DNA of 38,704 nt from Thermoplasmata archaeon. Lineage in GTDB: Archaea; Thermoplasmatota; Thermoplasmata; Sysuiplasmatales; Sysuiplasmataceae. Of the stretch, positions 19,632 through 29,732 are shown one piece after another; position 1 is the stretch's first letter; each line of letters starts with the position of its first letter. The notes under the pieces are model-generated. The model saw only the letters and a program-made list of their open reading frames with translations, made no database searches and had not been told where the DNA came from. The position numbers and the translations under genes were made by a program. The DNA lies in NCBI GenBank assembly GCA_021796895.1, contig JAKABN010000003.1:1-38704 (forward strand). Reading direction: 5' to 3'.

Positions 19632-21383
19632 TCACTCTTTCTTTCTCCTGCTGTACACCACTGCAGCGACCACTGCAATCACCGCGATGACAGCGCCCAA
19701 AGCGCCGATTGTGACTAGCGAAGCACCGCCTGATGATGTCGAGGCGCTGCTGTTCACAACCGCATGGGCATACAGAGAGTCGAGCGGACTGATCAGCTGC
19801 TGCTGTGGATAGAAGCCGCCGATGGCGCCGGGCCTGTAGGCGTAGTACACCTTCGCGCCCATGATGGGTATTATGGGCACCTGGCTGGCGATTATGCCCT
19901 GCACCTTCTGCAGCGTGGCGTTGAGCGCCGCCTGGTTGGTCACTTCGAGATTGGCCTGACTCAGAAGGCTGTTGACGGTGGTGTTGTTGTAGTGTTCGAA
20001 ATTCCAGTATCCCTGGGAATCGAATGCACACCAGAGATCAAACCAGGGATTGCCGAAGAGCGGTCCGAAGTTGAAGTAACTGGCGAAATTGAAGGACGGA
20101 TTGATGAAGGTCTCTGTGACCCACGTCTGAACGGGGATGATGTTGTAAGTGACTTCAAAGTTATCGGCAGCCAGCTGCTGCTGCATGATAGACATTGCGG
20201 TCGTCCAGTCGCTTATCGGTATCTCCGCGAAATTGATGTTGACGGTGGTGTTGTTGGCATATTGCCAGAATCCGTTGCTGCCTATGTGCAGTCCTGCCTC
20301 TTTGAAATAACTGTTTGCAACCGACAGGTTGTATGAGTAATACGGCACGCTCGTGTTGTAGAATGCACTCTGTGTCCACGGCAGACCGCCGAACGACGCC
20401 TGGCCTCCGAGTCCGTCTTCCGCCTTGTTCAGAATCTGAGTCTTGTTTATGGCGGAGGCGAGTCCCTTCCTGAAGAAGGTGTTGTTGAAGGGGGCGACCT
20501 GAAGGTCGAACCAGAGGACGAGGGAGAAAGTGTCCTTGTATGCTACGGCCTTTATGCCCGGCGTGGCATTGAGCTGGGTGAACAGATTGCTCGGATCGAC
20601 GTATGTGGCGTCGATCTCGCCGGCTTCAAGCGCCTCGATCATGGAGGTGCTGGACTTGAACATCACAATGACCTCTTTCGAGAAGTGAGGCTTGCCCTTG
20701 AAGAAGTAGGGGTTGGCGACGAGATTGATGTTTGAGCCTGACACGCTCTGAAGGATCATCGGACCGCATGACAGCTGGTGCCCGATGTTCATGTTGAAGT
20801 AATTGCCTACGCCCGATATGTTGGAAACGTATGTATGCCATTCATACGGTATTATCGTCTGCCCGCCGAGGTAGTAGAACATCATCACGGTAGGAGCGCT
20901 CAGCTGGAATACAACCGTATACTGGTTTGGCGCACTGACATTCAGCAGGTACGGGTCTATATTGTTGAAGTCGAGCGTTGTGTTCGCCATTATCACATGG
21001 AACGTGTAGACGACGTCCTGAGCGGTCAGCGGGGCGGCTTTTGACGTTCCGTTGACCCATGATGCGTTATGGACGAGGTTGAACGTGATCGTCTTTCCGC
21101 TGTTCGTCACATTCCAGCTCTGGGCGAGCCATGGCATTACGGTGCCGTTGCTGAACTCATACAGCAGAGTGTCTGAGTAGGTTATGCCGAGTATATCCCC
21201 GGACAAACCGCTTGCCGTCAGCGGATTCTGGTTGGATATTACCTCATTCACAGATGTTCCCAGAATGAATGTTCCTCCACCCGTTGATGACTGTGCGTTC
21301 GCATGACCCGCGGCGACGGCAACTGATCCCGTTGCCATCAGCATCGCGCACACAAAAACTGTCATCGCATGTTTAAATTTCAA
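19632..21383 (-). CDS. ABC transporter substrate-binding protein, family 5 (oligopeptide/dipeptide type)
   Basis: Signal peptide, PWLAQSW, LTAQDVVYTF, ANPYFFKGKP, PFNNTFFRKGLASAIN, a Ser/Thr linker, C-terminal TM and RRKK. Confidence 0.9.
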   Translation of the reverse strand: MKFKHAMTVFVCAMLMATGSVAVAAGHANAQSSTGGGTFILGTSVNEVISNQNPLTASGLSGDILGITYSDTLLYEFSNGTVMPWLAQSWNVTNSGKTITFNLVHNASWVNGTSKAAPLTAQDVVYTFHVIMANTTLDFNNIDPYLLNVSAPNQYTVVFQLSAPTVMMFYYLGGQTIIPYEWHTYVSNISGVGNYFNMNIGHQLSCGPMILQSVSGSNINLVANPYFFKGKPHFSKEVIVMFKSSTSMIEALEAGEIDATYVDPSNLFTQLNATPGIKAVAYKDTFSLVLWFDLQVAPFNNTFFRKGLASAINKTQILNKAEDGLGGQASFGGLPWTQSAFYNTSVPYYSYNLSVANSYFKEAGLHIGSNGFWQYANNTTVNINFAEIPISDWTTAMSIMQQQLAADNFEVTYNIIPVQTWVTETFINPSFNFASYFNFGPLFGNPWFDLWCAFDSQGYWNFEHYNNTTVNSLLSQANLEVTNQAALNATLQKVQGIIASQVPIIPIMGAKVYYAYRPGAIGGFYPQQQLISPLDSLYAHAVVNSSASTSSGGASLVTIGALGAVIAVIAVVAAVVYSRRKKE

Positions 21384-21589
21384 ATAGTTTCCCTCTGCGA
21401 TTTTTAAACGCGGTTAAGGATGAAAGCTATATAACGTTAATCGTGCGCTCGGGCGTATCGTTGCAAGACAGCAGTGATGCATCAGCAACACTGATACCAT
21501 CGCACAGGTTATACGAAAAACATCCTGAAATGTGCGGATGCTGCAGTCTGTAGGCTCATCGGCAGAGCGCGGTGTCGCAAAGGCTCGAA

Positions 21590-23344
21590 TCACGTTTTCT
21601 TCAGCTGCATCCTGTACATTTCCAGTATTTCGCCGCTTGCCGTTGCATCATACGCGTCCTTGTCTTTCCTGAATTTGCCGGTGAATCTCGGGAATCTGAC
21701 TGCAAGGCCCGAGCCTTCCTTAATCTTCCCCCAGTTGCATGTGTGCACTGGGCTGTGGGTGACTTCCGCGCCTATCACCTCAAGCACTAACGCCGGCCTG
21801 AACCAGAAATCCGCGACCATGCGGCTCTCCACTTCGCCTGATTTCGCCGGAAGGAGAGATGTTTTCAGCATATCGGGAAGAGAGAAGAGCGTCTCGTCGT
21901 CGAAACCGCTTCCGAGTTTGGTCACGGTTTCAAACACCTGGCGCTCCTTGTCGTAAGTTGCCATCAGCAGCGCTCCGTATGTGCCGCTCCTTCTTCCCCT
22001 GCCGGCAAAGGCGCCAACGACCACAAGATCCACGGTATCTATCATTTCGGCTTTGTAATCCTTCTTGTACTTTATCCAGAGCCATCCTCTCGCTCCGGGC
22101 TGATACACAGATTCATCGGCAGGCGATTTTGCGACAACTCCCTCGCATCCGGACTGAAGTGCAAGATTGAAAAAGTCCTCCGCCTCAGCAGCGGTGCTCA
22201 CGAGCTTCACTGTCGAGAGTTTCACCCTTTCGTTCTCTGCTATCGTCTCCTCGAGCTTTCTCCTTCTCTCCCTGTAAGGCACTTCCATAAAATTCCTTCC
22301 GTCCAGAAGCAGAATATCGAACAGGAAGAGGGTCACGGGAAACTCTTCTACCGCTTCCTCGAGTCCGTGTTTTCTTCCTCTGCGCCTCGACACGACCTGA
22401 AATGGAAGCATCTCGCCTGTGTTGATGTCCACGGGCACGCACTCCCCCTCGATTATGCCGCTCCTGCCGCGAAAGGCCGACGCGATGGCATTCAGCATTT
22501 CCGGAAACTGATCTGTTATCTCTTCGAGCTGCCTCGAAAACAGCCGCACTCTTCCGTCGCCGATGTGCGCCTGCATTCTCAAGCCGTCGTATTTGAAATC
22601 CAGCGCGGCAGTGCCGCCCATCTTTGCAAGTATCTCGTCGAGCCCTGGCAGCCTCTCTGCAAGCATGGATCTCACGGGCACATTGACTTCGAGTCCGAGC
22701 GTGCTCAGTCCGCTTATGCCCTCCCTGCAGAGAGCCACCGCGACTCTTCCGAGATCGCTTGTTATATTGAAGGCAATCTCTACTGCATCCCTGTCCTCCT
22801 TCGTCGCGAAAGTAGCCGACAGAGCATCAATCAGCGTCATTGCGGCAACGCCGATTCTCATCTTGCCCATGACTATCCTGAGTATGTATTTCGCCTCGAC
22901 GGGCGTCGAGGAGGCCAGCAGCCGGGCAAGCAGGTTGATCTTTGTTTCCTGAGAGCCCGGACCAGACGACAGCGCCATCTTCGAAAGAGAGTCGTGCACC
23001 TCGTTTACTGTCAGTGCCTCCGAGCCCAGTCCCGAGGGTGACGATGCCCGCAGCATCTGTTCTCCGAGCAGCCCGGCGTCTCCGACCTGCTTCCACATGG
23101 CCTCCACCTTTGACTGTTCCATTCTGCAGACTGTCGAAAGTGTCCTGATCGCCATCTTCTCAGCCATTCCTATCTTCTCCGGATAGAAATCGGGAAACAG
23201 GCGGCCATGCGTCATGTAGACGACATTGGCTATCTCGTCGCATGAGGCATTACGGAGCATGTCCACGAGAAGCGCAGTGATTTCAAGCCTCTTCGTGGTA
23301 GCCTCAACTTTCTCGTAAAAGTCAGCAACTTCCCTGTATAGCAT
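21590..23344 (-). CDS. lig: ATP-dependent DNA ligase
   Basis: Motif I KYDGLR, EGECV, FDILL, EGVVAK, WIKYKKDY and VRFPRF. Confidence 0.96.
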   Translation of the reverse strand: MLYREVADFYEKVEATTKRLEITALLVDMLRNASCDEIANVVYMTHGRLFPDFYPEKIGMAEKMAIRTLSTVCRMEQSKVEAMWKQVGDAGLLGEQMLRASSPSGLGSEALTVNEVHDSLSKMALSSGPGSQETKINLLARLLASSTPVEAKYILRIVMGKMRIGVAAMTLIDALSATFATKEDRDAVEIAFNITSDLGRVAVALCREGISGLSTLGLEVNVPVRSMLAERLPGLDEILAKMGGTAALDFKYDGLRMQAHIGDGRVRLFSRQLEEITDQFPEMLNAIASAFRGRSGIIEGECVPVDINTGEMLPFQVVSRRRGRKHGLEEAVEEFPVTLFLFDILLLDGRNFMEVPYRERRRKLEETIAENERVKLSTVKLVSTAAEAEDFFNLALQSGCEGVVAKSPADESVYQPGARGWLWIKYKKDYKAEMIDTVDLVVVGAFAGRGRRSGTYGALLMATYDKERQVFETVTKLGSGFDDETLFSLPDMLKTSLLPAKSGEVESRMVADFWFRPALVLEVIGAEVTHSPVHTCNWGKIKEGSGLAVRFPRFTGKFRKDKDAYDATASGEILEMYRMQLKKT

Positions 23345-23363
23345 GCAGATGCCGTATCTGCAT
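23343..23363. promoter_or_regulatory. Perfect 8-bp inverted repeat over the lig start region (candidate operator)
   Basis: ATGCAGAT-gccgt-ATCTGCAT between a minus-strand TATATTTA (about 23369-23376) and the lig ATG. Confidence 0.4.
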
Positions 23364-23394
23364 CATGATAAATATACGCTCGATCAGCCCGTGC

Positions 23395-24966
23395 TCAATA
23401 GTCAAAGAGTGATTTCTGCTTCGGTTCTGTCAGCTCGGACATCTTTGCACCCCTGCTAAGTCTTGCGTTCAGACTCATCAGCGCCGCCTTCATGGAATTC
23501 TCCTTCCTTAGCGAAGAGTAGTAGAAACCTTCGTCCTTGGTGCCCTTGGTCACCAGCACGAATACCTTTCCCGAGCTCAGTCTGCCGGTCCTTCCCCTCC
23601 GCTGTATGGACCGTATCTCGGAGGGAACGGTCTCATAAAAAACAACCATGTCCGTTGAGGTGATATCCAGGCCTTCCTCTCCCACGGAAGTGGATATCAG
23701 CACGTTCGCCTCGCCGCTGCTGAACCTGGAAATCACGTCAATCTGTTCCTTCTGCTTCAGGCCACGCTCGTCGCGCCTGGCGCTCTGGCCTATGAGCTTT
23801 ATGGGCTTTGCCGCGCCGGGCCCCGAAAGCGTTCTGTAGACTATTTCGGCAGTATCGCGGAACTGTGTGAACACCATGATTCTTCCAGAAGGATTGGCGG
23901 CGAGCTGTTCGCCTATTATCTGTGTGAGCTTTGATATCTTCGGGTGTTCTGCGGTTATTTTCGAGAGCATGTCGACAACGAGCTGAAAACGTTCATCGGC
24001 CACAATGGATCGTGATGCCTTGGAAGATTTCCCCTCTGCCTCCTCCTGAAGTTTCTGCACATATCTGCGCAGGGCGAACACGGTCTGCGTCTCGGCCATG
24101 TCCACGCCGTGGGAAAGCTTTACGGCTTCCGACTGAATGCGCATGGAATCGAACAGTATTCTGTGCTTCATGCCTGCCGAAAGTCTCGACGAAAGTTCCC
24201 TTCCGGCCCCGAGAAGATCTTTGGTGGAGCCCTGTGAATCCTGCGGAATGAGCTGCAGGTGCCTGAGTTTCTCGACCCTCTCGCTGAGCATGGACTTCAG
24301 TTCACGTGATATGTCCCTGAGTTCCTGCGAAAGCTCGACCGGCACCCACTTGACTGCTGTCTCCTGCACGTACGGCTCGACATCGGGGTCATCCTCGCTC
24401 CTGACCTCGATATGCTCTATGTTCAGTGTTCTGCATATCTCCTCCACGGAAACAAGGTCGCTTCCGGGTGAGGCTGTCATTCCGAGCACCAGACCCCTTT
24501 CCCTGACTCCGGAATAGACTTCGGATATGTGGACATAGGAGTAATCGCCCTTTGCCCTGTGGCATTCATCGAAAACAAGGAGACTGAATGAGGACAGATC
24601 GCACAGTCCCGACGACACATCGTTCTCTACCACCTGAGGAGTGGAGACTACGATGCGCGGTTTATTCCAGAGCTCCGGGCGGTGCTCCGGAGCGGTCTCC
24701 CCCGTCATCAGCGACATGAGTTCGGGGTCTATGGTCAGTCTTTCGCGCAGAAAGGCGTAATGCTGTTCGACCAGCGGTTTCGTCGGAGCCATGAACAGCA
24801 CCTTCGACCCGGGCGACTGGAGAATGACGTCGATAACGAGAAGGGCAATAACAGTTTTACCGAGACCTGTCGGAAGAACAACAAGTGTGGAAACTGTGGA
24901 AGCCGCATCGGCTATGCGTCTCTGGTAAAGCCGTTCGGTAATCGAGCCGTCTTTTATGAATGACAA
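23395..24966 (-). CDS. Hef/FANCM-like SF2 helicase lacking the ERCC4 nuclease domain
   Basis: RLYQ, LPTGLGKT, APTKPLVEQH, DECH, TASPG, EEGLDI and IQRRGRTGR. Start reassigned to TTG 24966, since the longer ORF overlaps gltX. Ends in QKSLFDY. Confidence 0.88.
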   Translation of the reverse strand: MSFIKDGSITERLYQRRIADAASTVSTLVVLPTGLGKTVIALLVIDVILQSPGSKVLFMAPTKPLVEQHYAFLRERLTIDPELMSLMTGETAPEHRPELWNKPRIVVSTPQVVENDVSSGLCDLSSFSLLVFDECHRAKGDYSYVHISEVYSGVRERGLVLGMTASPGSDLVSVEEICRTLNIEHIEVRSEDDPDVEPYVQETAVKWVPVELSQELRDISRELKSMLSERVEKLRHLQLIPQDSQGSTKDLLGAGRELSSRLSAGMKHRILFDSMRIQSEAVKLSHGVDMAETQTVFALRRYVQKLQEEAEGKSSKASRSIVADERFQLVVDMLSKITAEHPKISKLTQIIGEQLAANPSGRIMVFTQFRDTAEIVYRTLSGPGAAKPIKLIGQSARRDERGLKQKEQIDVISRFSSGEANVLISTSVGEEGLDITSTDMVVFYETVPSEIRSIQRRGRTGRLSSGKVFVLVTKGTKDEGFYYSSLRKENSMKAALMSLNARLSRGAKMSELTEPKQKSLFDY

Positions 24967-25095
24967 TATGAACGCCAGATCATGACAGTTCAAATAATTA
25001 CCTTCCAGGCCGCCGGCCGCAGTGGTGGCGAGCACAGGGTGATTGGTCCCTGAGAACGTCAGTAATATATCCCGATCGTTTCTTTGCATGATACG

Positions 25096-26772
25096 ATGGA
25101 CGCAAAGATCGGCGAGGAAGCATTTCTGCTCGCGCTGCAGAATGCGATCAGCCACGGAGGAAAGGCGGACGCGAATGCCGTGCTGGGCAGGATCATGGCG
25201 AAATTCAGAGGAGTGGATGCGAAGGAGGCAATTGCCGTGATTACGGAGGCTGTCGCGAAGGCTAACGGCATGACTCCGGAGGAACAGGTGCGTATACTCG
25301 GCGCCTCTTCACCCGATCTTCTCGTGAAACAGAAGAAGGAGAAGGTCGCGAGGCTGAGGGAGCTGGAAGGCGCCGGTCCGGGTTTCAGGGTGCGTCTTGC
25401 GCCGTACCCGTCCGGTGCTCTGCACATAGGAAACAGCAGGATGCTGATACTCAACGACGAATATGCGAAGAAGTATTCAGGTGAGCTTCTTCTCGTCTAC
25501 GACGACACGATAGGTTCTGAGGAGAAGATGCCCAGACTCGATTCATATGAACTCATAAGGGACGGATTAAGATGGCTTGGCGTCAGGTGGAGCGGCGAAT
25601 ATTACAAGTCCGACAGACTCGACCTGTTCTACAGATGGGCATCGAAGCTCATAGAGAGGGGAATCGCATACGCCTGCATGTGCAGTGCCGAAGAGTTGCG
25701 GAAGAACAGGGAAGATGGCCTGCAGTGTGTTCACAGGAACCACAGCATTGCTGAGAACGCCGCAATCTGGACCAAAATGCTGGAAGGAGGCTTTGAGGAG
25801 GGGAAGGCGGTGCTGAGGGCCAGGACGGACATGAAACACAGGAATCCCGCCTTCAGAGACCGGGTGCTCTGCAGGATCTCGCACAGGGAGCATCCAAGGG
25901 TGGGCAGAAAATACCATGTCTGGCCCATGCTTGAATTCTCGTGGGCGGTGGATGACATCGAACTGGGAATGACGCATGTCATCAGAGGCAAGGACCTCTA
26001 TACGGAAGACTTCATGGAGAATTTCATATGGAATGAGCTCGGGATCAAAGGACCGCGCTTTGAACACTTTGGCCTTCTGAGAATATCAGGTGTGAAAATC
26101 TCGAAGAGCAAATCCATGAATGAGATTGCAAGCGGAGAGTATTTCGGATGGGAAGATCCGAGGACGTGGAGCCTCCAGTCCCTGCGCGCAAGGGGGTTCA
26201 GGCCCGATGCGATAAGGAATTTAATTTTAAATCTGGGTATGAGCCTGAATGATATCGAAGTGGCTGTTGACTCGATATACTCGGAGAACAGGAAGATTCT
26301 CGAACCCGTCGCGGACAGATACTTCTTCGTGGACAACCCGGTGGAAATAAAGATAGAAGACGCCCCTGACCTGGGTCATGTCGAAGCTGCCCTGCATCCC
26401 GATTTTCCTGAAAGAGGCAGGAGGAAGATTCTGGCGTCGGATCATGTGTATGTTTCATCGGGAGATGTTTCCAGGTTCAGCGGCACCGAGATCAGGCTGA
26501 AGGATTACTGCAACATCATGATTGATGCGGAAGGAGGCAAGGCAAAGTGCACTGGAAGGGAAAACAGGGAGGTGCAGAAGGTGCAGTGGGTGCCCGTTGA
26601 GGAATCCGTGCCGTGTGAGGTAATAATGGTTGACGGCTCGCGCGTCAGAGGCTACGCGGAAGGAGCTGTCAGAAACCTCGAGCCTGACAGGCCGGTGCAG
26701 TTCGAGCGCTTCGGTTTCGTGAACCTGAGGGAGAAGGGAGACAGGATGCTGTTCTACTACACACACGACTGA
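25096..26772 (+). CDS. gltX: Glutamyl-tRNA synthetase (archaeal type)
   Basis: RLAPYPSGALHIGN, THVIRGKD, KISKS, WEDPR and QFERFGF. ATG 25096 preferred. Confidence 0.96.
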   Translation: MDAKIGEEAFLLALQNAISHGGKADANAVLGRIMAKFRGVDAKEAIAVITEAVAKANGMTPEEQVRILGASSPDLLVKQKKEKVARLRELEGAGPGFRVRLAPYPSGALHIGNSRMLILNDEYAKKYSGELLLVYDDTIGSEEKMPRLDSYELIRDGLRWLGVRWSGEYYKSDRLDLFYRWASKLIERGIAYACMCSAEELRKNREDGLQCVHRNHSIAENAAIWTKMLEGGFEEGKAVLRARTDMKHRNPAFRDRVLCRISHREHPRVGRKYHVWPMLEFSWAVDDIELGMTHVIRGKDLYTEDFMENFIWNELGIKGPRFEHFGLLRISGVKISKSKSMNEIASGEYFGWEDPRTWSLQSLRARGFRPDAIRNLILNLGMSLNDIEVAVDSIYSENRKILEPVADRYFFVDNPVEIKIEDAPDLGHVEAALHPDFPERGRRKILASDHVYVSSGDVSRFSGTEIRLKDYCNIMIDAEGGKAKCTGRENREVQKVQWVPVEESVPCEVIMVDGSRVRGYAEGAVRNLEPDRPVQFERFGFVNLREKGDRMLFYYTHD

Positions 26773-26775
26773 TGT

Positions 26776-28155
26776 CTATTTCCTTCTCCACCTTACGCCG
26801 CTTTCCGTATCCTCCAGCACTATTCCCCTCGCAGACAGCTCGCTCCTAATGGCATCCGCTTCATCGAATCTCCTCTTTCTCCGGGCCTCCTCCCTCCTGG
26901 ATATCATTTCTTCCACGTCTTTCCCCAGCAGCTGCTTCTGGAGGGCGCTCTCCCTGATTATGTGGAGAACGCCGTTGATTTCCCTCACAGCGGAAACGAC
27001 CGCTTCCGCAGCAACCTCACTGAGTTTACCTTCTTCAGCGAGCTTTCTCGCTTCCCTGAGATTGTTGAAGAGCGACGCTACAGCATCCCTGGTGTTGAAG
27101 TCGTCATCCATGGCGCCTGTGAAATCGCTCATTATGCGCGAAGCTATTTCGCCGCCGGAGTCTCCCTTCAGCGTGGCCGGCAGAAGATACTGCACATATC
27201 CCTCCAGCCTGCTCCTGGCAGCGTCGCTTTCGACGAGCAGTTCCGGACTGAATTCAATCTGTCTCCTGTACAGGCTGTTGGCAAAGTGGAGCCGGAGCGT
27301 TTCCGGCGGATATAACGCGAGCGCTTCCTCCACGGACATGAAATTATGCAGCGATTTGGACATTTTCTCCCCCTTGAAGTTGAGCATCCCGCCATGCATC
27401 CAGTATCTGGAAAACTGCACGCCCGTGAATGCCTCGCTCTGCTGTATCTCGTTCTCATGATGGGGAAAAATGAGGTCCTCCCCGCCTCCGTGTATATCGA
27501 GCGTCCTGCCGAGATACTTCATTGACATCGCGGAACACTCTATGTGCCAGCCCGGCCTTCCTTTTCCCCAGGGGCTCTCCCAGCTCACCTCACCCGGTTT
27601 GGCCGCCTTCCACAGCGCAAAGTCGGCCGGATGACGCTTCCGTTCATCAATCTCCACCCTCGCTCCGGCCAGTATCTGATCCGGTTCCTGCCCGGAGAGC
27701 TTTCCGTAATTGCTGGTTTTGGTTACGTCGAAATAAACGCTGCCTTCGATCTCGTATGCAATGCCGCGGGAGATGAGAGTCTTCACCATATCCAGAATCT
27801 CTGCCATGTGCCCGCTCGCCCTGGGATAAACGTCCGCAGGCCTGAGCAGGAGTGAGGCGCTGCTTCTGAGGAACTCGTCGGCGAATCCGGATGAGAGTTC
27901 AAGCGCAGGCAAATTGAGTTCACGGGCCCTGTTTATGATCTTGTCCTCCACATCCGTTATGTTCACGACAAGCGATACGCGGTAGCCCCTGTATTCCAGA
28001 TAGCGCGCGATGAAATCAAACGACACGAACGACCGTGCATGGCCGACATGCATGCGGTCGTAAACCGTAGGACCGCAAACGTAAATGTGGACTTCGCCTT
28101 TGTTCAGGGGCCGGAATTCCACCTTTGCGCGGGACATTGTGTCATATATCAGCAA
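26776..28155 (-). CDS. cysS: Cysteinyl-tRNA synthetase
   Basis: [37 protein letters not shown] and KMSKS. TTG 28155 preferred as start. Confidence 0.96.
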   Translation of the reverse strand: MLIYDTMSRAKVEFRPLNKGEVHIYVCGPTVYDRMHVGHARSFVSFDFIARYLEYRGYRVSLVVNITDVEDKIINRARELNLPALELSSGFADEFLRSSASLLLRPADVYPRASGHMAEILDMVKTLISRGIAYEIEGSVYFDVTKTSNYGKLSGQEPDQILAGARVEIDERKRHPADFALWKAAKPGEVSWESPWGKGRPGWHIECSAMSMKYLGRTLDIHGGGEDLIFPHHENEIQQSEAFTGVQFSRYWMHGGMLNFKGEKMSKSLHNFMSVEEALALYPPETLRLHFANSLYRRQIEFSPELLVESDAARSRLEGYVQYLLPATLKGDSGGEIASRIMSDFTGAMDDDFNTRDAVASLFNNLREARKLAEEGKLSEVAAEAVVSAVREINGVLHIIRESALQKQLLGKDVEEMISRREEARRKRRFDEADAIRSELSARGIVLEDTESGVRWRRK

Positions 28156-28266
28156 ACCCGAATCACAGTGCTGTTGAGTGGTAATGTACTGTTTAAAGCT
28201 AATTATCACCTTTGAAATTCGAACAGCATCCTTAAAAAGACGGATCGATGTGATTTATCAGATTGC

Positions 28267-29667
28267 ATGCTCCTGAGCAGACATATTGCCGGAAACAGGG
28301 AGGGGGTTGCCGGGGCAGTCGCAACTATATTCATTCTTCTGATAGTGCTGTCATTCATAAACATCTACATAGGAGCCTACGTCCCCAGCACCATGCGCAC
28401 GCAGGAATACAACCACATGCAGGAAGTCTATCAGGAGTTTTCATCATTTCAGCTGCAGAACTATGTCCAGCAGTCCGGTCACTGGCCTTATCCGCTTCCC
28501 ACGACATTTGTAATGGGCACTTCTGGCCAGGCGCCTTTCACCTCACCCACTACCGGAACACTGTCGTTCCAGCCAGATGGATTCAACGCAACGGTGTCAT
28601 ACAGTGCGGGCGTCCCGCAATATTTACCGCAGTGCCAATATGACATATACAATAACACAGGTGGCACGTCGACCAAGGGAATACAGTTGAGCATAACGTT
28701 CATTCAAAACACAACTGGAAATGGTCTTTCCCTCTCTAAAAAAATCCATGATGGGGGAAGTGTCTGGTATGTCCCAAGCAACAGCGTTATCTGCTTTTAT
28801 ATCAACGGTTCCTACATCAACAGCGACAGATACAACATATACCTCGGCTGGGGAAATAGTTCCAACCTTCGGCCGTTAAACAACTTCACTGTGATTACTT
28901 ACGTTCAGGGGCATAATGACAAAGTAAGATTCTCCGGTCTGGGAAATAACCTGACTGCTTGGTACATCTCAAATGGCAATAACAACAGACTTGGCGACAA
29001 CAGCTATCCTTGTGGCTTTAATTTTTATGGCAATAACGACAAAGGATACGTGCAGAACTATGGAATCGGCGACACAGCGCCAGACGGATGGCCGCATTTC
29101 ATTATGGTGCATCAATCGCTGACAATTTCCGGTCTGCTCTCTATGTATGTTCAGAACCGCTACTATTCGCAGCAGACAGTCACGTTTGAGGGCGGTTCGA
29201 TACTTCTTAACCAGAGCGGACAAAACGCGGTAGTAAGGGATCCGCAATTCAGCCTCCAGAACACCAGTTCAGGAGCGATTCTGAGCATGGACCTGACTTC
29301 CCTGCGGGGCAGTGCATTCTCGGCATCTGGTTCCGGATCGGCGAATCTGCTTTCAACCTACTTTGCCAACCAGACTCAAAAATACTTCCAGTACAGAGGG
29401 TTGAACCTGATAAACAACATTACTCTGTCGGTGACATCGCCTGAGATTTCAGGGTGGTTGAAGATGTTTGCGCCTTATCTCTCACATCTGCAGAACGTCA
29501 CATCCAATCCATCCGTGGCAAACATAGGTAACGGATGCAACCTGAGCATTTCTTACGTGACAAGTGGAGCCTATTCACTTGCTGTCCACGGAAACACACT
29601 AAATCTGACGATTTTCAACATCGCCTCGCTCATACTTGAAACAGGAACGCTCAGCGTTGCCGATTGA
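28267..29667 (+). CDS. Large type IV pilin-like / class III signal peptide surface protein
   Basis: NREG|VAGAVATIFILLIV, then YVP...EYNHMQEVYQEF; Asn/Ser/Thr/Gly-rich body with many NxS/T sequons. Confidence 0.65.
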   Translation: MLLSRHIAGNREGVAGAVATIFILLIVLSFINIYIGAYVPSTMRTQEYNHMQEVYQEFSSFQLQNYVQQSGHWPYPLPTTFVMGTSGQAPFTSPTTGTLSFQPDGFNATVSYSAGVPQYLPQCQYDIYNNTGGTSTKGIQLSITFIQNTTGNGLSLSKKIHDGGSVWYVPSNSVICFYINGSYINSDRYNIYLGWGNSSNLRPLNNFTVITYVQGHNDKVRFSGLGNNLTAWYISNGNNNRLGDNSYPCGFNFYGNNDKGYVQNYGIGDTAPDGWPHFIMVHQSLTISGLLSMYVQNRYYSQQTVTFEGGSILLNQSGQNAVVRDPQFSLQNTSSGAILSMDLTSLRGSAFSASGSGSANLLSTYFANQTQKYFQYRGLNLINNITLSVTSPEISGWLKMFAPYLSHLQNVTSNPSVANIGNGCNLSISYVTSGAYSLAVHGNTLNLTIFNIASLILETGTLSVAD

Positions 29668-29732
29668 TGAAACGCGTTCTCCTGTTCCCATCTGGGGGAC
29701 TCTTAAATAAGACTCACTTCTAAGGATATAAC

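Noticed and set aside
24967-25155. Long N-terminal extension of the helicase in the ORF track
   Set aside because: It overlaps the divergent gltX start and promoter region and lacks helicase-like sequence.
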